From an archaeon (GTDB taxonomy: Archaea; Asgardarchaeota; Thorarchaeia; Thorarchaeales; Thorarchaeaceae): a stretch of DNA of 64,000 nt. The stretch lies in NCBI GenBank assembly GCA_024276825.1, contig JAJRWI010000053.1, forward strand, positions 7,022 to 71,021, read 5' to 3'. The notes under the pieces are model-generated. The model was not told where the DNA came from, did no database searches, and was given only the letters and a program-made list of their open reading frames with translations. The position numbers and the translations under genes are program-made. Below, piece by piece: positions 1 to 8,765 of this stretch. How positions within the stretch are numbered: the stretch's first letter is position 1; every line of letters starts with the position of its first letter.

Positions 1-34
1 TCAAGTCAGAGATGTAGAGATAATATCCAACTCA

Positions 35-838
35 TTGGAGGGACTTCTAGGATCATCAATTGTAAGAGAAGGGCTCGATTTTTTGTGGTCTGCGGTGATG
101 CATGATGATCCCATAGAGAGTACGCCAAACGTTGTGAGTGCTATTGCAAGGCTTGTCCAGTTGGGAGTGAGAACAGGACTTCAGCAAATGGACAGGAGTA
201 CAATCCGAATCAGATCCATGTTGTCGGATGATGTCATAAATGATAATAATGCAAGCATTGCAATTGCAGAGGCATTGGCATATGCAGGATACTATGAAGT
301 TCCAAAGGTCAAATCATTGGTGATTCAACGGCTTGACAGGCTCATCTCCGCGAACTATAAGAGTCTTCCAAGATTTCATGATTTACTGGGAATTTCAAAC
401 ATTAAATGGGCAATGAGGGATGACAAGTTCAAGCAATTGGCTGATAGAGTAGCATCTATCATTGTGAGCTTAGACTACCAGACGAGGTGTCAGGAGGGAG
501 GATTTGTAGAGGGAGAGGGTCTTTGGAACTGCGTCAATCTGCCGGGGTTTCGTGAACATCCTGAGATTGAAGACATGGGCTTATTGATCTTGATACTTGA
601 TCTCCTTGCTCCCCTGACTTCTGTTCAAGAGTCAGAATGGTTCAAGAGATGCATGGAGATACTGGAAGAGAGAAGAGGTGTTGATGGACTTTATCGGTTC
701 CCGTCGGAGTGGCTTCCTGAAGGGATCATCTCAGACTGGCCCAGAGGGATGTGTATGAGTCTTGAGATATCTAGGGATGACGAAGCACTTGCTTACGAGT
801 CAACATTCAGAGTTCTCAAGATCAAGTCTTGCCTGTGA
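35..838 (+). CDS. hypothetical protein; frame is open to window start, so possibly 5-prime truncated
   Basis: 267-aa ORF with no upstream stop before position 1. No family motif recognised. Confidence 0.3.
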   Translation: MEGLLGSSIVREGLDFLWSAVMHDDPIESTPNVVSAIARLVQLGVRTGLQQMDRSTIRIRSMLSDDVINDNNASIAIAEALAYAGYYEVPKVKSLVIQRLDRLISANYKSLPRFHDLLGISNIKWAMRDDKFKQLADRVASIIVSLDYQTRCQEGGFVEGEGLWNCVNLPGFREHPEIEDMGLLILILDLLAPLTSVQESEWFKRCMEILEERRGVDGLYRFPSEWLPEGIISDWPRGMCMSLEISRDDEALAYESTFRVLKIKSCL

Positions 839-1904
839 AAATCAATTTCAGCAATCTATTTCGAGGAACAAGTGCATAGGCAAAGGGAATAGAGAGAGAA
901 AATCCAACAATGAATCGGGCTGGCCAGAAGAGGTTGAAGGTTGCCGCTATTGCTTCAGATGGCAAGGATAATACGACAAGTAAAATGGGAATCAGATAGA
1001 AGAAAATCGGGTGAATCTCATAGACCACCTGTGATTCTCGTCCTAATCTGCTCAGAAAACCAGAGGGTGCCCTATTATTCAGAATGCTTGAGATGAAGAA
1101 GACCAACAGTGTGCCGCTTGTTCCAGACACCATGTAAAGGAGGGCATGGTTCCCTAGACGATCGACTGCCAAATCCACAAATCCATTGAGTGTAGAGGCA
1201 AGTAATAGCAAGGTGATGAGTAGGAGAAGTGAGAGTATATTTTTTACAGGTGATGTGAAGTGCCAGTTTCCAGTCCCACGAGCACATTTTATCTCATATC
1301 CAATTATGCAGAATGCAGTCGCCATCAGGACACTGCTGAAGTGCCATGGAACAAGAGTTGTTGAAAAGGTGGATCTAAGTCCCATTCCAAGGACTGGCAA
1401 GATTAAAACAAGACTCCAACGAACTGATGGATGAGTGTTGTGAGTTGCAAGTTCAATAATCGCAAAGAAACAGAGACCAAAAAACAAGACTGGCAAGAAC
1501 CACAGATGTGTTGCTTGGTTAGGAGGTCCTGCCCCATATAGAAACCAGAATACCACATCACTTGGAGTCAGATATGTATCAATTAGAGGGGCCATGAAAT
1601 AGAAGAGGACTATCATTATCAGATATAGAGTAAAGTAGGGGATTAATAGCTGCCTTGCTCGGACTCTGATGAAAGAGGACAAACGATTTCTATGCTTCTC
1701 AGAATTATATGTAAATCCTGCCAGTATGAAAAAGAGTGCAATTGCAAAAGCAGAGAGGTGAATAGTCACAACATTGATCATGGGAATCATTGAGTGCACA
1801 ATAATCACTATTATGATTCCAATTCCTCGTGAAACATCAATCCAAGTGATTCGGGAGGAGAATAATGATGGCTCGTTCATCGGGCACTTTCCATATGATT
1901 TCAA
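822..1904 (-). CDS. acyltransferase family 3 (OafA-like) integral membrane protein
   Basis: N-terminal W-I-D-x-x-R-G-x-G-I-I-x-V-I-x-x-H motif and HLWFL motif typical of PF01757. About 10 predicted TM segments. Confidence 0.5.
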   Translation of the reverse strand: MKSYGKCPMNEPSLFSSRITWIDVSRGIGIIIVIIVHSMIPMINVVTIHLSAFAIALFFILAGFTYNSEKHRNRLSSFIRVRARQLLIPYFTLYLIMIVLFYFMAPLIDTYLTPSDVVFWFLYGAGPPNQATHLWFLPVLFFGLCFFAIIELATHNTHPSVRWSLVLILPVLGMGLRSTFSTTLVPWHFSSVLMATAFCIIGYEIKCARGTGNWHFTSPVKNILSLLLLITLLLLASTLNGFVDLAVDRLGNHALLYMVSGTSGTLLVFFISSILNNRAPSGFLSRLGRESQVVYEIHPIFFYLIPILLVVLSLPSEAIAATFNLFWPARFIVGFSLSIPFAYALVPRNRLLKLIFTGKT

Positions 1905-1969
1905 ATATTATGATGACTATTGCACTTTGGGAAACTTTTTAACTTTCACACATGCGACAAATATAACAA

Positions 1970-2044
1970 GCGCCCGTTGTCTAGGGGCCATGATGGATCC
2001 CTGCCACGGATCCGGCCCGGGTTCGAATCCCGGCGGGCGCACCA
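1970..2044 (+). tRNA. tRNA-Gly (anticodon GCC), CCA encoded
   Basis: Cloverleaf folded by hand. Acceptor GCGCCCG/CGGGCGC, anticodon stem GATCC/GGATC with loop CTGCCAC, T-arm CCGGG-TTCGAAT-CCCGG, discriminator A, then CCA. Confidence 0.85.
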
Positions 2045-2205
2045 TTCATTTTTTCAACATGGTCATGTTATTTTGACATCTATTAGGAATGGAAAACACT
2101 GTAAGAAGAGAATTGTTCAATCATAATGTTTTTGTAAACACAGATAAAAACGCAATCTAATTGATGTATTGATTGACGTACAATGATTCATGAAGGGCTG
2201 CCTCT

Positions 2206-4047
2206 ATGAAATCGCTAAGACATAATGGTATACTCGTGCTTCCACCCCCAGAAGCACATGGTCTCAGCATATTTGTTCGGGGCGAAGAGATTAGGCTGAC
2301 GCCAGAGCAGGAAGAAATGGCAATAGCATGGGTAAGGAAGCTGGGAACACCTTATGTTGAGGACCCCACATTTACAGCCAACTTTATGTTGGATTTTAGC
2401 AAGGTATTGGGATATAATCCGCCATTGAAGATTGATGATGTGGATTTTGACCCCGTGATCAAATTCGTAGAGATGGAACGTGCCAAGAAGGAGGCGATGA
2501 CAAAGGAAGAAAAAAAGGCTGCCCGTGAGGAAAGAAAGGCAATTCGAGAGGCTCTCAAGGAGAAGTATGGGTATGTCTGGGTTGATGGGGAGAGAATGGA
2601 GCTTAGCAACTATCAGACAGAACCATCAGGAATATTCATGGGGCGAGGAAAGCATCCTCTAAGAGGTAGGTGGAAGCGTGGAGCAACTCATAAGGACATC
2701 ACTCTGAACCTTAGCCCAGATGCAGATACGCCAGGGGGTGATTGGGGAAATATAGTCTGGGCACCTGATTGTATGTGGATTGCCAAATGGACTGATGAAC
2801 TCACAGGGAAAACGAAGTACATCTGGCTTCATGATAGCACTCCAATTAAACAAGCACGAGAAGCTAAAAAGTTCGATAAGGCAATGAAGCTTGGGAAAAG
2901 AGAAGAAGAGATTCGTGCACACATTCTTGAGGGGCTACAATCCGATGATCCAAAGCGAAGAATGGTGGCTGCAGCCTGCTACCTGATTGACAGACTGAGC
3001 CTTCGAGTTGGTGATGAGAAGGACCCCGATGAGGCAGATACTGTGGGCGCAACCACATTGCGTGTTGAGCACCTCACATTTCAGGGCAACAGAATTATCT
3101 TTGACTTTCTCGGAAAGGACAGTGTTCCATGGCATAAGGAGCTTGAGGTTTCGCCAGATGTTTTTGGGGTGTTTAAAGAACTATATGATAAAGCAGTAGA
3201 ACGTATGGAGTCATTCAAGTCAAGAAAAGGACGAAAGACAAAAGCAGACCCCAAGAAGATCTCTCAGATATTCCCATCAATCAGGAGTACTCATGTTAAC
3301 AAGTTCCTTGGCGAAGTGGACAAGGACCTCACGGCCAAAGTGTTCAGAACATTTCATGCAACAAAGACCATGGAACAGGAGTTGAAAAAGCAGAAGGTCA
3401 AGAAGACTGACTATGAGTTCATCAAGAAAGCGGCATTCAAGAGAGCGAACATGGAAGTCGCCCGAGTGATGAACCACACAAAACAGGAGCCAAAGAGCTG
3501 GCCAAAGACCAAAGAAAGATACCAGATCAGGTTGAAGAAAGCAGATGAGAGAATCAGTCGTGCAAGAGCCAATCTGGATGACAGGAGAAAACGACTGAGA
3601 TCATTGAGAAAGAAGATTGTAAAAGAGTTGGAAAAGAAGAAGGAGTCTATAGCAAAAGCCAAGGAACGAGTTGAGCGAGATAAGAAGAAACTGGCAGAGT
3701 TGAGGGAGAAAAGGGACAAGGCAAAAATGGCATGGGACAGAGCCAGAGAGAAGAGGAGAGGAGTGCGTGAGAGCAAGAGAAAGGGCAAACGCATGAAGAA
3801 AGAGAGAATGAATGAGGCTCAGGAAAGGGTGGAGAGGGCTAGGAGGACTTACGATAGGGCAGAGGCTAGCCTAAGGAAGGCAAGAGAGAGATATGAGAAG
3901 AGTAAGGCATTGCTTGTAAAGGCACAGGAAGCACTTGTCAAGTCTAAAGAGAGATCCAATGAGAGAATATCCAAAGCTGAGAAGTCGATCGCCACAGCAA
4001 AGGAGAGAGTAAAAAGGCAGAAGTCGCAAAGGAGAAGATCAAGATAG
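2206..4047 (+). CDS. DNA topoisomerase IB (eukaryotic type), N-terminal/core domains plus K/E/R-rich coiled-coil linker. Reading frame ends at TAG before the catalytic-tyrosine domain.
   Basis: Core-domain similarity to Topo I (KW..., lysine-rich linker). The catalytic C-terminal segment continues in another frame; see next feature. Confidence 0.8.
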   Translation: MKSLRHNGILVLPPPEAHGLSIFVRGEEIRLTPEQEEMAIAWVRKLGTPYVEDPTFTANFMLDFSKVLGYNPPLKIDDVDFDPVIKFVEMERAKKEAMTKEEKKAAREERKAIREALKEKYGYVWVDGERMELSNYQTEPSGIFMGRGKHPLRGRWKRGATHKDITLNLSPDADTPGGDWGNIVWAPDCMWIAKWTDELTGKTKYIWLHDSTPIKQAREAKKFDKAMKLGKREEEIRAHILEGLQSDDPKRRMVAAACYLIDRLSLRVGDEKDPDEADTVGATTLRVEHLTFQGNRIIFDFLGKDSVPWHKELEVSPDVFGVFKELYDKAVERMESFKSRKGRKTKADPKKISQIFPSIRSTHVNKFLGEVDKDLTAKVFRTFHATKTMEQELKKQKVKKTDYEFIKKAAFKRANMEVARVMNHTKQEPKSWPKTKERYQIRLKKADERISRARANLDDRRKRLRSLRKKIVKELEKKKESIAKAKERVERDKKKLAELREKRDKAKMAWDRAREKRRGVRESKRKGKRMKKERMNEAQERVERARRTYDRAEASLRKARERYEKSKALLVKAQEALVKSKERSNERISKAEKSIATAKERVKRQKSQRRRSR

Positions 4048-4217
4048 ACTTTCAACTGGCAAAAGCTGGCAGGACATGGAATCTTGGGACCTCTTTGAAG
4101 TCGTACATCCACCCGAAGACTGTTTACAAGTGGTGCAGACGTGTTGGTTATGACTGGAGAAAGGTGTATCCTAAGACTCTTCAGAGAAAGTTCGCATGGG
4201 TTGAAACTGGGGGATAA
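3981..4217 (+). pseudogene. Topo IB C-terminal catalytic domain (NLGTSLKSY-IHPKTVYKWC-...-KFAW) in the -1 frame relative to 2206..4047
   Basis: Frame-3 translation DFQLAKAGRTWNLGTSLKSYIHPKTVYKWCRRVGYDWRKVYPKTLQRKFAWVETGG matches the Topo IB active-site region (SKxxY). Inserting one A in the A5 run at 4011-4015 gives a seamless ORF. Confidence 0.75.
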
Positions 4218-4226
4218 GGTGAGAGT

Positions 4227-4775
4227 ATGTTTTCAACGGTGCATGCCGCATCAACCGTGGTGCTTGTTGGGATTCTGTGGTATCCACTTCAACCACCAGT
4301 GGATATCCTTTACATTGCAGTGGCAAGCGCAGTCCTACTCGATATGGACATCATTTTTGCAAGGGACAACGAGCATGGCCACAGAGACCTGTTGAGTCAT
4401 TCAATGATCCCATGGTTCATCCCTCTAATAATATCATTATGGATACCCGTGTTGTTTTGGGTTGCGGTTCCAATCATGCTTCATCTTGTCCTTGATGCGA
4501 TTGATGGGGGGATAATGCCATTCAATCCATTTAGTAAATGGCGGCCACCGCACATTACAATTGAGGGCGGGGGTGAGTCAGCACGTGCATATATTGCAAA
4601 TTATTGGACTAGTGGAGTCTTTGATGTGTTGGAAGTAATAATAGCTGTTGGAGCTGTCATAATCAGTTGGAGTTGGGACTCGGGCATCTTGTTTCAGATT
4701 GTAAAGTCTGCTGCAATGTTCAATCTTGGACTAATCATTGTACTGAGTGTCTATTTCAGAATCAGACCGCGTTGA
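4227..4775 (+). CDS. membrane-bound metal-dependent hydrolase-like protein (DUF457/YdjM-like)
   Basis: Multi-TM protein with H-G-H-R...H-S histidine cluster typical of PF04307. Confidence 0.45.
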   Translation: MFSTVHAASTVVLVGILWYPLQPPVDILYIAVASAVLLDMDIIFARDNEHGHRDLLSHSMIPWFIPLIISLWIPVLFWVAVPIMLHLVLDAIDGGIMPFNPFSKWRPPHITIEGGGESARAYIANYWTSGVFDVLEVIIAVGAVIISWSWDSGILFQIVKSAAMFNLGLIIVLSVYFRIRPR

Positions 4776-5588
4776 AATATGATAGGCATCAATATGAAAT
4801 CGAATGACATACCAAGGTGCTAACAATGACACAAATGGGTCTTTGGTGGGGTGCTTCCTGAGTTGCAACAATCTTTTGATAATTCTCTTGTACCTCTTGT
4901 CAAGACCAAGCTTGTGGACAGATCTACTCAGAGAGCTTGACGTTTTAAAAACATAGAAATGACATGATAGGATACTCCATTTCAATGACTCAAGAGAGTA
5001 TCTGATTGCGTGTGACGAGAACATACAAATTAAGAGAGAACTAATGCTAAGTAGAAGGTTCATCAACAGACTTCGTATTATCTGGAACATGTCAATTTGT
5101 AGCAACTGTGCATTCGACAACAGGTCTTTGCCCATTATTACTGCATAATTTGACAACATTCCATTTAGAACCAGATTGCTTGGTGCAAGGATGTTGGCAA
5201 GTATTTTTGAGACACCAAAAACCTCAGAGAAATTCAAGTTACGAAAGCTGCTCTCTCGGCATACAAAGCCAGAAATAAACATCCCAGTTCTTCTGCTTAC
5301 CAATTGCAAAATGTGGCTAATGATTCCTTGACTGTGCGTATCATCAGTGATTCTAGTGATGTAAGACTGCAGACTGTTGATAGCTGAATCAGTAGATGAG
5401 TCATCGACAACAAAGATGACATCCACATCACTGATGTTCTCTTCAAAATCGCCCTGAAGACAACTACCAAAGAGAATCACACTGATTATCTTCAAATTCA
5501 GATTCTTGGCCTGTAATAACACCTTAGTGGTACATTGTTCCACTTTGTTTGAGATGTGATGTGCTCGGCAAGACTGAGATGTTAACAT
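4731..5588 (-). CDS. nucleotidyltransferase-domain protein (Pol-beta superfamily, minimal NTase fold) with C-terminal extension
   Basis: LFGS-x9-11-DVDV motif (ILFGSCLQGDFEENISDVDVIFVVDD). Confidence 0.55.
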   Translation of the reverse strand: MLTSQSCRAHHISNKVEQCTTKVLLQAKNLNLKIISVILFGSCLQGDFEENISDVDVIFVVDDSSTDSAINSLQSYITRITDDTHSQGIISHILQLVSRRTGMFISGFVCRESSFRNLNFSEVFGVSKILANILAPSNLVLNGMLSNYAVIMGKDLLSNAQLLQIDMFQIIRSLLMNLLLSISSLLICMFSSHAIRYSLESLKWSILSCHFYVFKTSSSLSRSVHKLGLDKRYKRIIKRLLQLRKHPTKDPFVSLLAPWYVIRFHIDAYHISTRSDSEIDTQYND

Positions 5589-5662
5589 TATTTATAATGT
5601 ATATCTGTGGCTTGTCAATATTTCGATGATTTTGGAATATGACTTGAAGTTTGCAAAAATGA

Positions 5663-5737
5663 TGGTGCGCCTGCCGGGATTCGAACCCGGGTCACGACCT
5701 TGGAAGGGTCGGATCATAGCCCCTAGACTACAGGCGC
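5663..5737 (-). tRNA. tRNA-Gly (anticodon TCC), CCA encoded
   Basis: Reverse complement folds as cloverleaf. Acceptor GCGCCTG/CAGGCGC, anticodon stem CGACC/GGTCG, loop CTTCCAA, T-arm CCGGG-TTCGAAT-CCCGG. Confidence 0.85.
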
Positions 5738-5789
5738 AGTTTGCGATTTTGAGAGAATGTGGTGTCGATTTAAAGTCACCGATAATATC

Positions 5790-6539
5790 TCATTGGGAAG
5801 AGAGTCTCTTATTGATAATATTGGTTCTTAGTGAATAAGCCCATAAGACCTCAGCACATACGTGCCAAGCCATCATGATTTCCGAATCGAGGGCAAGATG
5901 AATGTCAAAGAGCTGTGTTGTTTCTTGAGAGAAGTCACCATGAGGAAATGCACCAACACCAACTATCACAGGAGTATCTATGTCTTCAGGAAGTAGAGAG
6001 ATGAGTTGATTGATGTCTGTCTTTTTGCCAGTTTCAATTGCCAATATTGTTGGTGAGTGGGGATGGCTGGATTTTATCTCATTGATTAGATTTTGAAGGG
6101 CCATATTTTGAATATTGAGTAGTGAGTCGCCAGAGAGAGGCACTCGTCCGTTAATCATCAACTGTTCCATGAGACCCACAAAGCGGGAATAATTACGTGG
6201 AAGTCTTACTGTCGGGTCAATAACGATGATTCGACCATCTTGCAGATGAATATATGATTGTAAGAAACCACTCTTACAAAGTGGGGTTTCCATCAGGGTC
6301 ATGAGTGATAGATGGACAATGTCTGGGCGCCCGCGGCGTTCATGATCATCCAGCCTGAGCATTGCTTTTCCATGAACCGCTTGGTCAAGAAGTAATTCTT
6401 GAGGCTTCTTACCCCTACGGCTGGCACTCCGCTGTACCTGTTTGAGGGCATACATTTCAGGAGGGATGAGTTCTATTGGGCTCTCTAAGAGAATCAGATG
6501 AAGCATGTTAATGACCAATGCGAATACTATTTCAATCAA
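5790..6539 (-). CDS. nep1: ribosomal RNA small subunit methyltransferase Nep1 (Emg1, SPOUT family); true start may be the internal Met at about 6506
   Basis: GRPDIVH motif and overall Nep1 architecture. Confidence 0.7.
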   Translation of the reverse strand: MIEIVFALVINMLHLILLESPIELIPPEMYALKQVQRSASRRGKKPQELLLDQAVHGKAMLRLDDHERRGRPDIVHLSLMTLMETPLCKSGFLQSYIHLQDGRIIVIDPTVRLPRNYSRFVGLMEQLMINGRVPLSGDSLLNIQNMALQNLINEIKSSHPHSPTILAIETGKKTDINQLISLLPEDIDTPVIVGVGAFPHGDFSQETTQLFDIHLALDSEIMMAWHVCAEVLWAYSLRTNIINKRLSSQ

Positions 6540-6555
6540 TTTAAGCAGTTTGTAA

Positions 6556-6891
6556 GTGTGGAATCAACTGATGCCAAGAAGAAGACCAAGAGGGACCAGT
6601 GTAAGACGGATGGCACGAGCCAGAGTTGATAGATTATGGGAAATGGCATGTGAGTGTGAAGACCCCACACTTGCAAAGAGATACATCAGTATTGCAAGAA
6701 GAGTCGCTCAAAAGGCACGGATAAAGATTCCAAGAGATATCAAAAGAAGGATATGCAAGAAGTGCAATTCTGTCCTCATTCCTGGCAAAAACTGTAGGGT
6801 CAGGATGAGAACAAACAGGTCAAGTCATATCACTGTCACTTGTTTCACCTGTGGGGCAATTCGAAGATATTATGTCAGAAGGCAATGTTAA
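6556..6891 (+). CDS. rnp4: RNase P protein component Rpp21 (Rpr2)
   Basis: Arg-rich N-terminus, helical RIARR region, C-x2-C...C-x2-C zinc ribbon. Confidence 0.65.
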   Translation: MWNQLMPRRRPRGTSVRRMARARVDRLWEMACECEDPTLAKRYISIARRVAQKARIKIPRDIKRRICKKCNSVLIPGKNCRVRMRTNRSSHITVTCFTCGAIRRYYVRRQC

Positions 6892-6924
6892 TTTGTGTAT
6901 TGTTTAAAAATAGTGTGAATATAA

Positions 6925-7200
6925 ATGCCAGAGCTGAAGGTTGATCAGACTAGAATTAAACTTGCATGGAACGAGCCCGTCTTATTGCAGATTGGAAAGA
7001 GTGGAATAACTGACGGAACCATCAAAGAGGCGAAGAGGCTTCTAAAGACTCATAAATACATCAAGGTCAGGTTATTACGAAGCACAGGAGATGACAGGCA
7101 TACAAAGAAGGCAGTGTTCGAAGAACTCTGCAGGCTAACTGGAGCAGAACTTGCTGGAGTACGAGGCTTCACTGCAGTGATATACAAACTTCGCAATTAG
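6925..7200 (+). CDS. CRM-domain (YhbY/CRS1) RNA-binding protein
   Basis: About 90 aa with GKSG motif (LQIGKSGITDG). Confidence 0.65.
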   Translation: MPELKVDQTRIKLAWNEPVLLQIGKSGITDGTIKEAKRLLKTHKYIKVRLLRSTGDDRHTKKAVFEELCRLTGAELAGVRGFTAVIYKLRN

Positions 7201-7238
7201 TCATGCCTTAGTCTTCGTCTGGCATTCAGATGTAGATG

Positions 7239-7312
7239 CTCCTCAGAAGAAGGCGGTCTGATGAAAATCCTTTTATGTGGACTTTTGTCGGTTTTGCCAG
7301 CCTTCTGAGGTA
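7239..7312 (+). ncRNA. candidate box C/D-like sRNA or structured terminator element
   Basis: TGATGA (C-box-like) at 7259-7264 and CTGA at 7305-7308, bracketed by inverted repeat CCTCAGAAG(7241-7249)/CTTCTGAGG(7302-7310). Three T4 tracts inside. Confidence 0.2.
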
Positions 7313-7366
7313 GGTAATCGACCGAGTCTAAATACGATATACCTCAAATAGTATGGTGACAGACAA

Positions 7367-7819
7367 ATGCCCACAGTCTATGATATTCCCGCCAATGTCT
7401 TGATTAAAAGACTCGCACAGGACTTGAAAACTCGAAAAGAGATCAGCCCCCCAGAGTGGGCCCTGTATGTTAAGACAGGTGCCCATAAGGAACGCGCACC
7501 TGATGACCCCGACTGGTGGTATATCAGATGTGCTAGCATTCTGAGAAAGATCTATCTATATGGTCCAATAGGCACACAAAAGCTCAGGATTCAATATGGT
7601 GGGAGAAAGAGAAGAGGGGTCAAACCCAACAAGTTCCACAAAGGAAGTGGGTCCGTTGTCAGGACTGCTTTACAGCAGCTCGAGAGAGCTGGTTTCATCA
7701 GGAAACAGGGAAGCAAGGGCAGGGTACTCACAGATGTTGGGCGGTCGTATATGGATAAGGTGTCTGCAAAATTAAAGGTTGAACTAGCAAAAGCAATACC
7801 AGGACTTGAGAGGTACTAG
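7367..7819 (+). CDS. rps19e: 30S ribosomal protein S19e
   Basis: Characteristic S19e sequence (DDPDWWYIR, KIYLYGP). Confidence 0.9.
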   Translation: MPTVYDIPANVLIKRLAQDLKTRKEISPPEWALYVKTGAHKERAPDDPDWWYIRCASILRKIYLYGPIGTQKLRIQYGGRKRRGVKPNKFHKGSGSVVRTALQQLERAGFIRKQGSKGRVLTDVGRSYMDKVSAKLKVELAKAIPGLERY

Positions 7820-7834
7820 AGTATAGTAGTTAAG

Positions 7835-8173
7835 GTGACAATGATGAGTGAGGATGAGCTCGAGGAGATCAGAAGGAGAAAGCTTGCCGCTATTCGTGAG
7901 CAGGCTCTTCGTGAACAGGTCCAAGAGCATCAGAGAGCTGAGTTGGAGGCCCAGAAGGAGGCCATTCTAAGACAGATTCTCACTCCAGAGGCCAGAGCAA
8001 GATTGATGAATATCAAGATGGTAAAACCAGAGCTTGCAGAGCAGATAGAGCTTCAGCTCATTCAACTGGCAGGCAGTGGTAGACTCAGAGGCCGGGTGAC
8101 CGATGAACAACTCAAGTCATTGTTGCTACAGATTCAAGGGAGAGAGAGAGAGAGAAAAATCTCATTCCGATAG
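7835..8173 (+). CDS. DNA-binding protein of the PDCD5/TFAR19 family (COG2118)
   Basis: E/R-rich helix, then [10 protein letters not shown]...[18 protein letters not shown] pattern conserved in archaeal homologs. Confidence 0.75.
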   Translation: MTMMSEDELEEIRRRKLAAIREQALREQVQEHQRAELEAQKEAILRQILTPEARARLMNIKMVKPELAEQIELQLIQLAGSGRLRGRVTDEQLKSLLLQIQGRERERKISFR

Positions 8174-8194
8174 ATAGGCTGCAAGGTGATAGTA

Positions 8195-8350
8195 ATGGCA
8201 AGAAACAAGCCGCTTGGAAAGAAGCTTCGAATGGCTCAGAGAATGAAGTCAAACTCGTCCGTCCCAACATGGGCGGTCATGCGGACTGCAGGAAAAGTGA
8301 GAACAACACCAAAGCAGCGCAATTGGCGCCGTAGCAAGCTTAAGCCATAG
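8195..8350 (+). CDS. rpl39e: 50S ribosomal protein L39e (below the 60-aa ORF-track cutoff)
   Basis: 51-aa basic peptide [51 protein letters not shown]. Lies in the conserved rpl39e-rpl31e-eIF6 cluster. Confidence 0.8.
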   Translation: MARNKPLGKKLRMAQRMKSNSSVPTWAVMRTAGKVRTTPKQRNWRRSKLKP

Positions 8351-8363
8351 GAGGATGAAATGA

Positions 8364-8759
8364 ATGACTCCAGATGAGGAAGTAATAGAGGAGGAGCTCG
8401 TTGAAGAGAAAGAAGATGAGATTGAAACAGAAGAGATAGAGGAAGAAAGAGAAGAAGAGCATGTAGAAGCGGCGCCTGAAGAAGAGGAGGAAGAAGAAGA
8501 GATCATCGATGAGCGTATATACACTGTACCTCTTCGTAAAGCATATTGGACTGGCAGCAGGCTTCGTAGGGCCAACAGGGCAGTGCGAATCCTGAGAGAG
8601 TTCGTACAGAGACACATGAAACCAGAGGAGATTGTCATCCAGAAGGAGGTCAATGAGAGAATCTGGAGCAGGGGCATTCAGAAACCTCCTCGTAGGGTGA
8701 GAATCAGAGTGACAAAAAATGAGGACAATCTTGTACGAGTATACCTTGCGGAGGGATAA
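8364..8759 (+). CDS. rpl31e: 50S ribosomal protein L31e with about 50-aa poly-acidic N-terminal extension
   Basis: C-terminal 80 aa match L31e (YTVPLRKA...RVRI). Strong AGGAGG SD 7 nt upstream of ATG 8364. Confidence 0.85.
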   Translation: MTPDEEVIEEELVEEKEDEIETEEIEEEREEEHVEAAPEEEEEEEEIIDERIYTVPLRKAYWTGSRLRRANRAVRILREFVQRHMKPEEIVIQKEVNERIWSRGIQKPPRRVRIRVTKNEDNLVRVYLAEG

Positions 8760-8765
8760 TTCAGG

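Noticed and set aside
1920-2126. 68-aa ORF overlapping tRNA-Gly(GCC); similarly 5626..5838 over tRNA-Gly(TCC), 21754..21945 over tRNA-Thr, 29297..29488 over tRNA-Gln
   Set aside because: Each spans a well-formed tRNA cloverleaf. The peptide sequences are the tRNA read as protein (for example PGFESRRAH from the T-arm).
3411-3794. Antisense ORFs (3411..3794, 3849..4112, 2352..2609 etc.) inside the Topo IB gene
   Set aside because: Low-complexity antisense of the K/E/R-rich linker. The sense strand has a strong homology-supported gene.
4011-4017. Programmed -1 ribosomal frameshift (A-AAA-AGG) as explanation for the Topo IB split
   Set aside because: The heptamer is not a canonical X-XXY-YYZ site and no downstream stimulatory structure is obvious. 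An equivalent break in rpl11 at a non-slippery site (ctagcg) makes sequencing error the more economical explanation. Kept as a possibility in findings.
8249-8677. Serine-rich antisense ORFs opposite the acidic L31e N-terminus (8249..8677, 8340..8615); similar antisense ORF 17747..18043 opposite L12
   Set aside because: Reverse complement of GAA/GAG repeats yields TTC/CTC (Ser/Phe/Leu) runs. No independent support.
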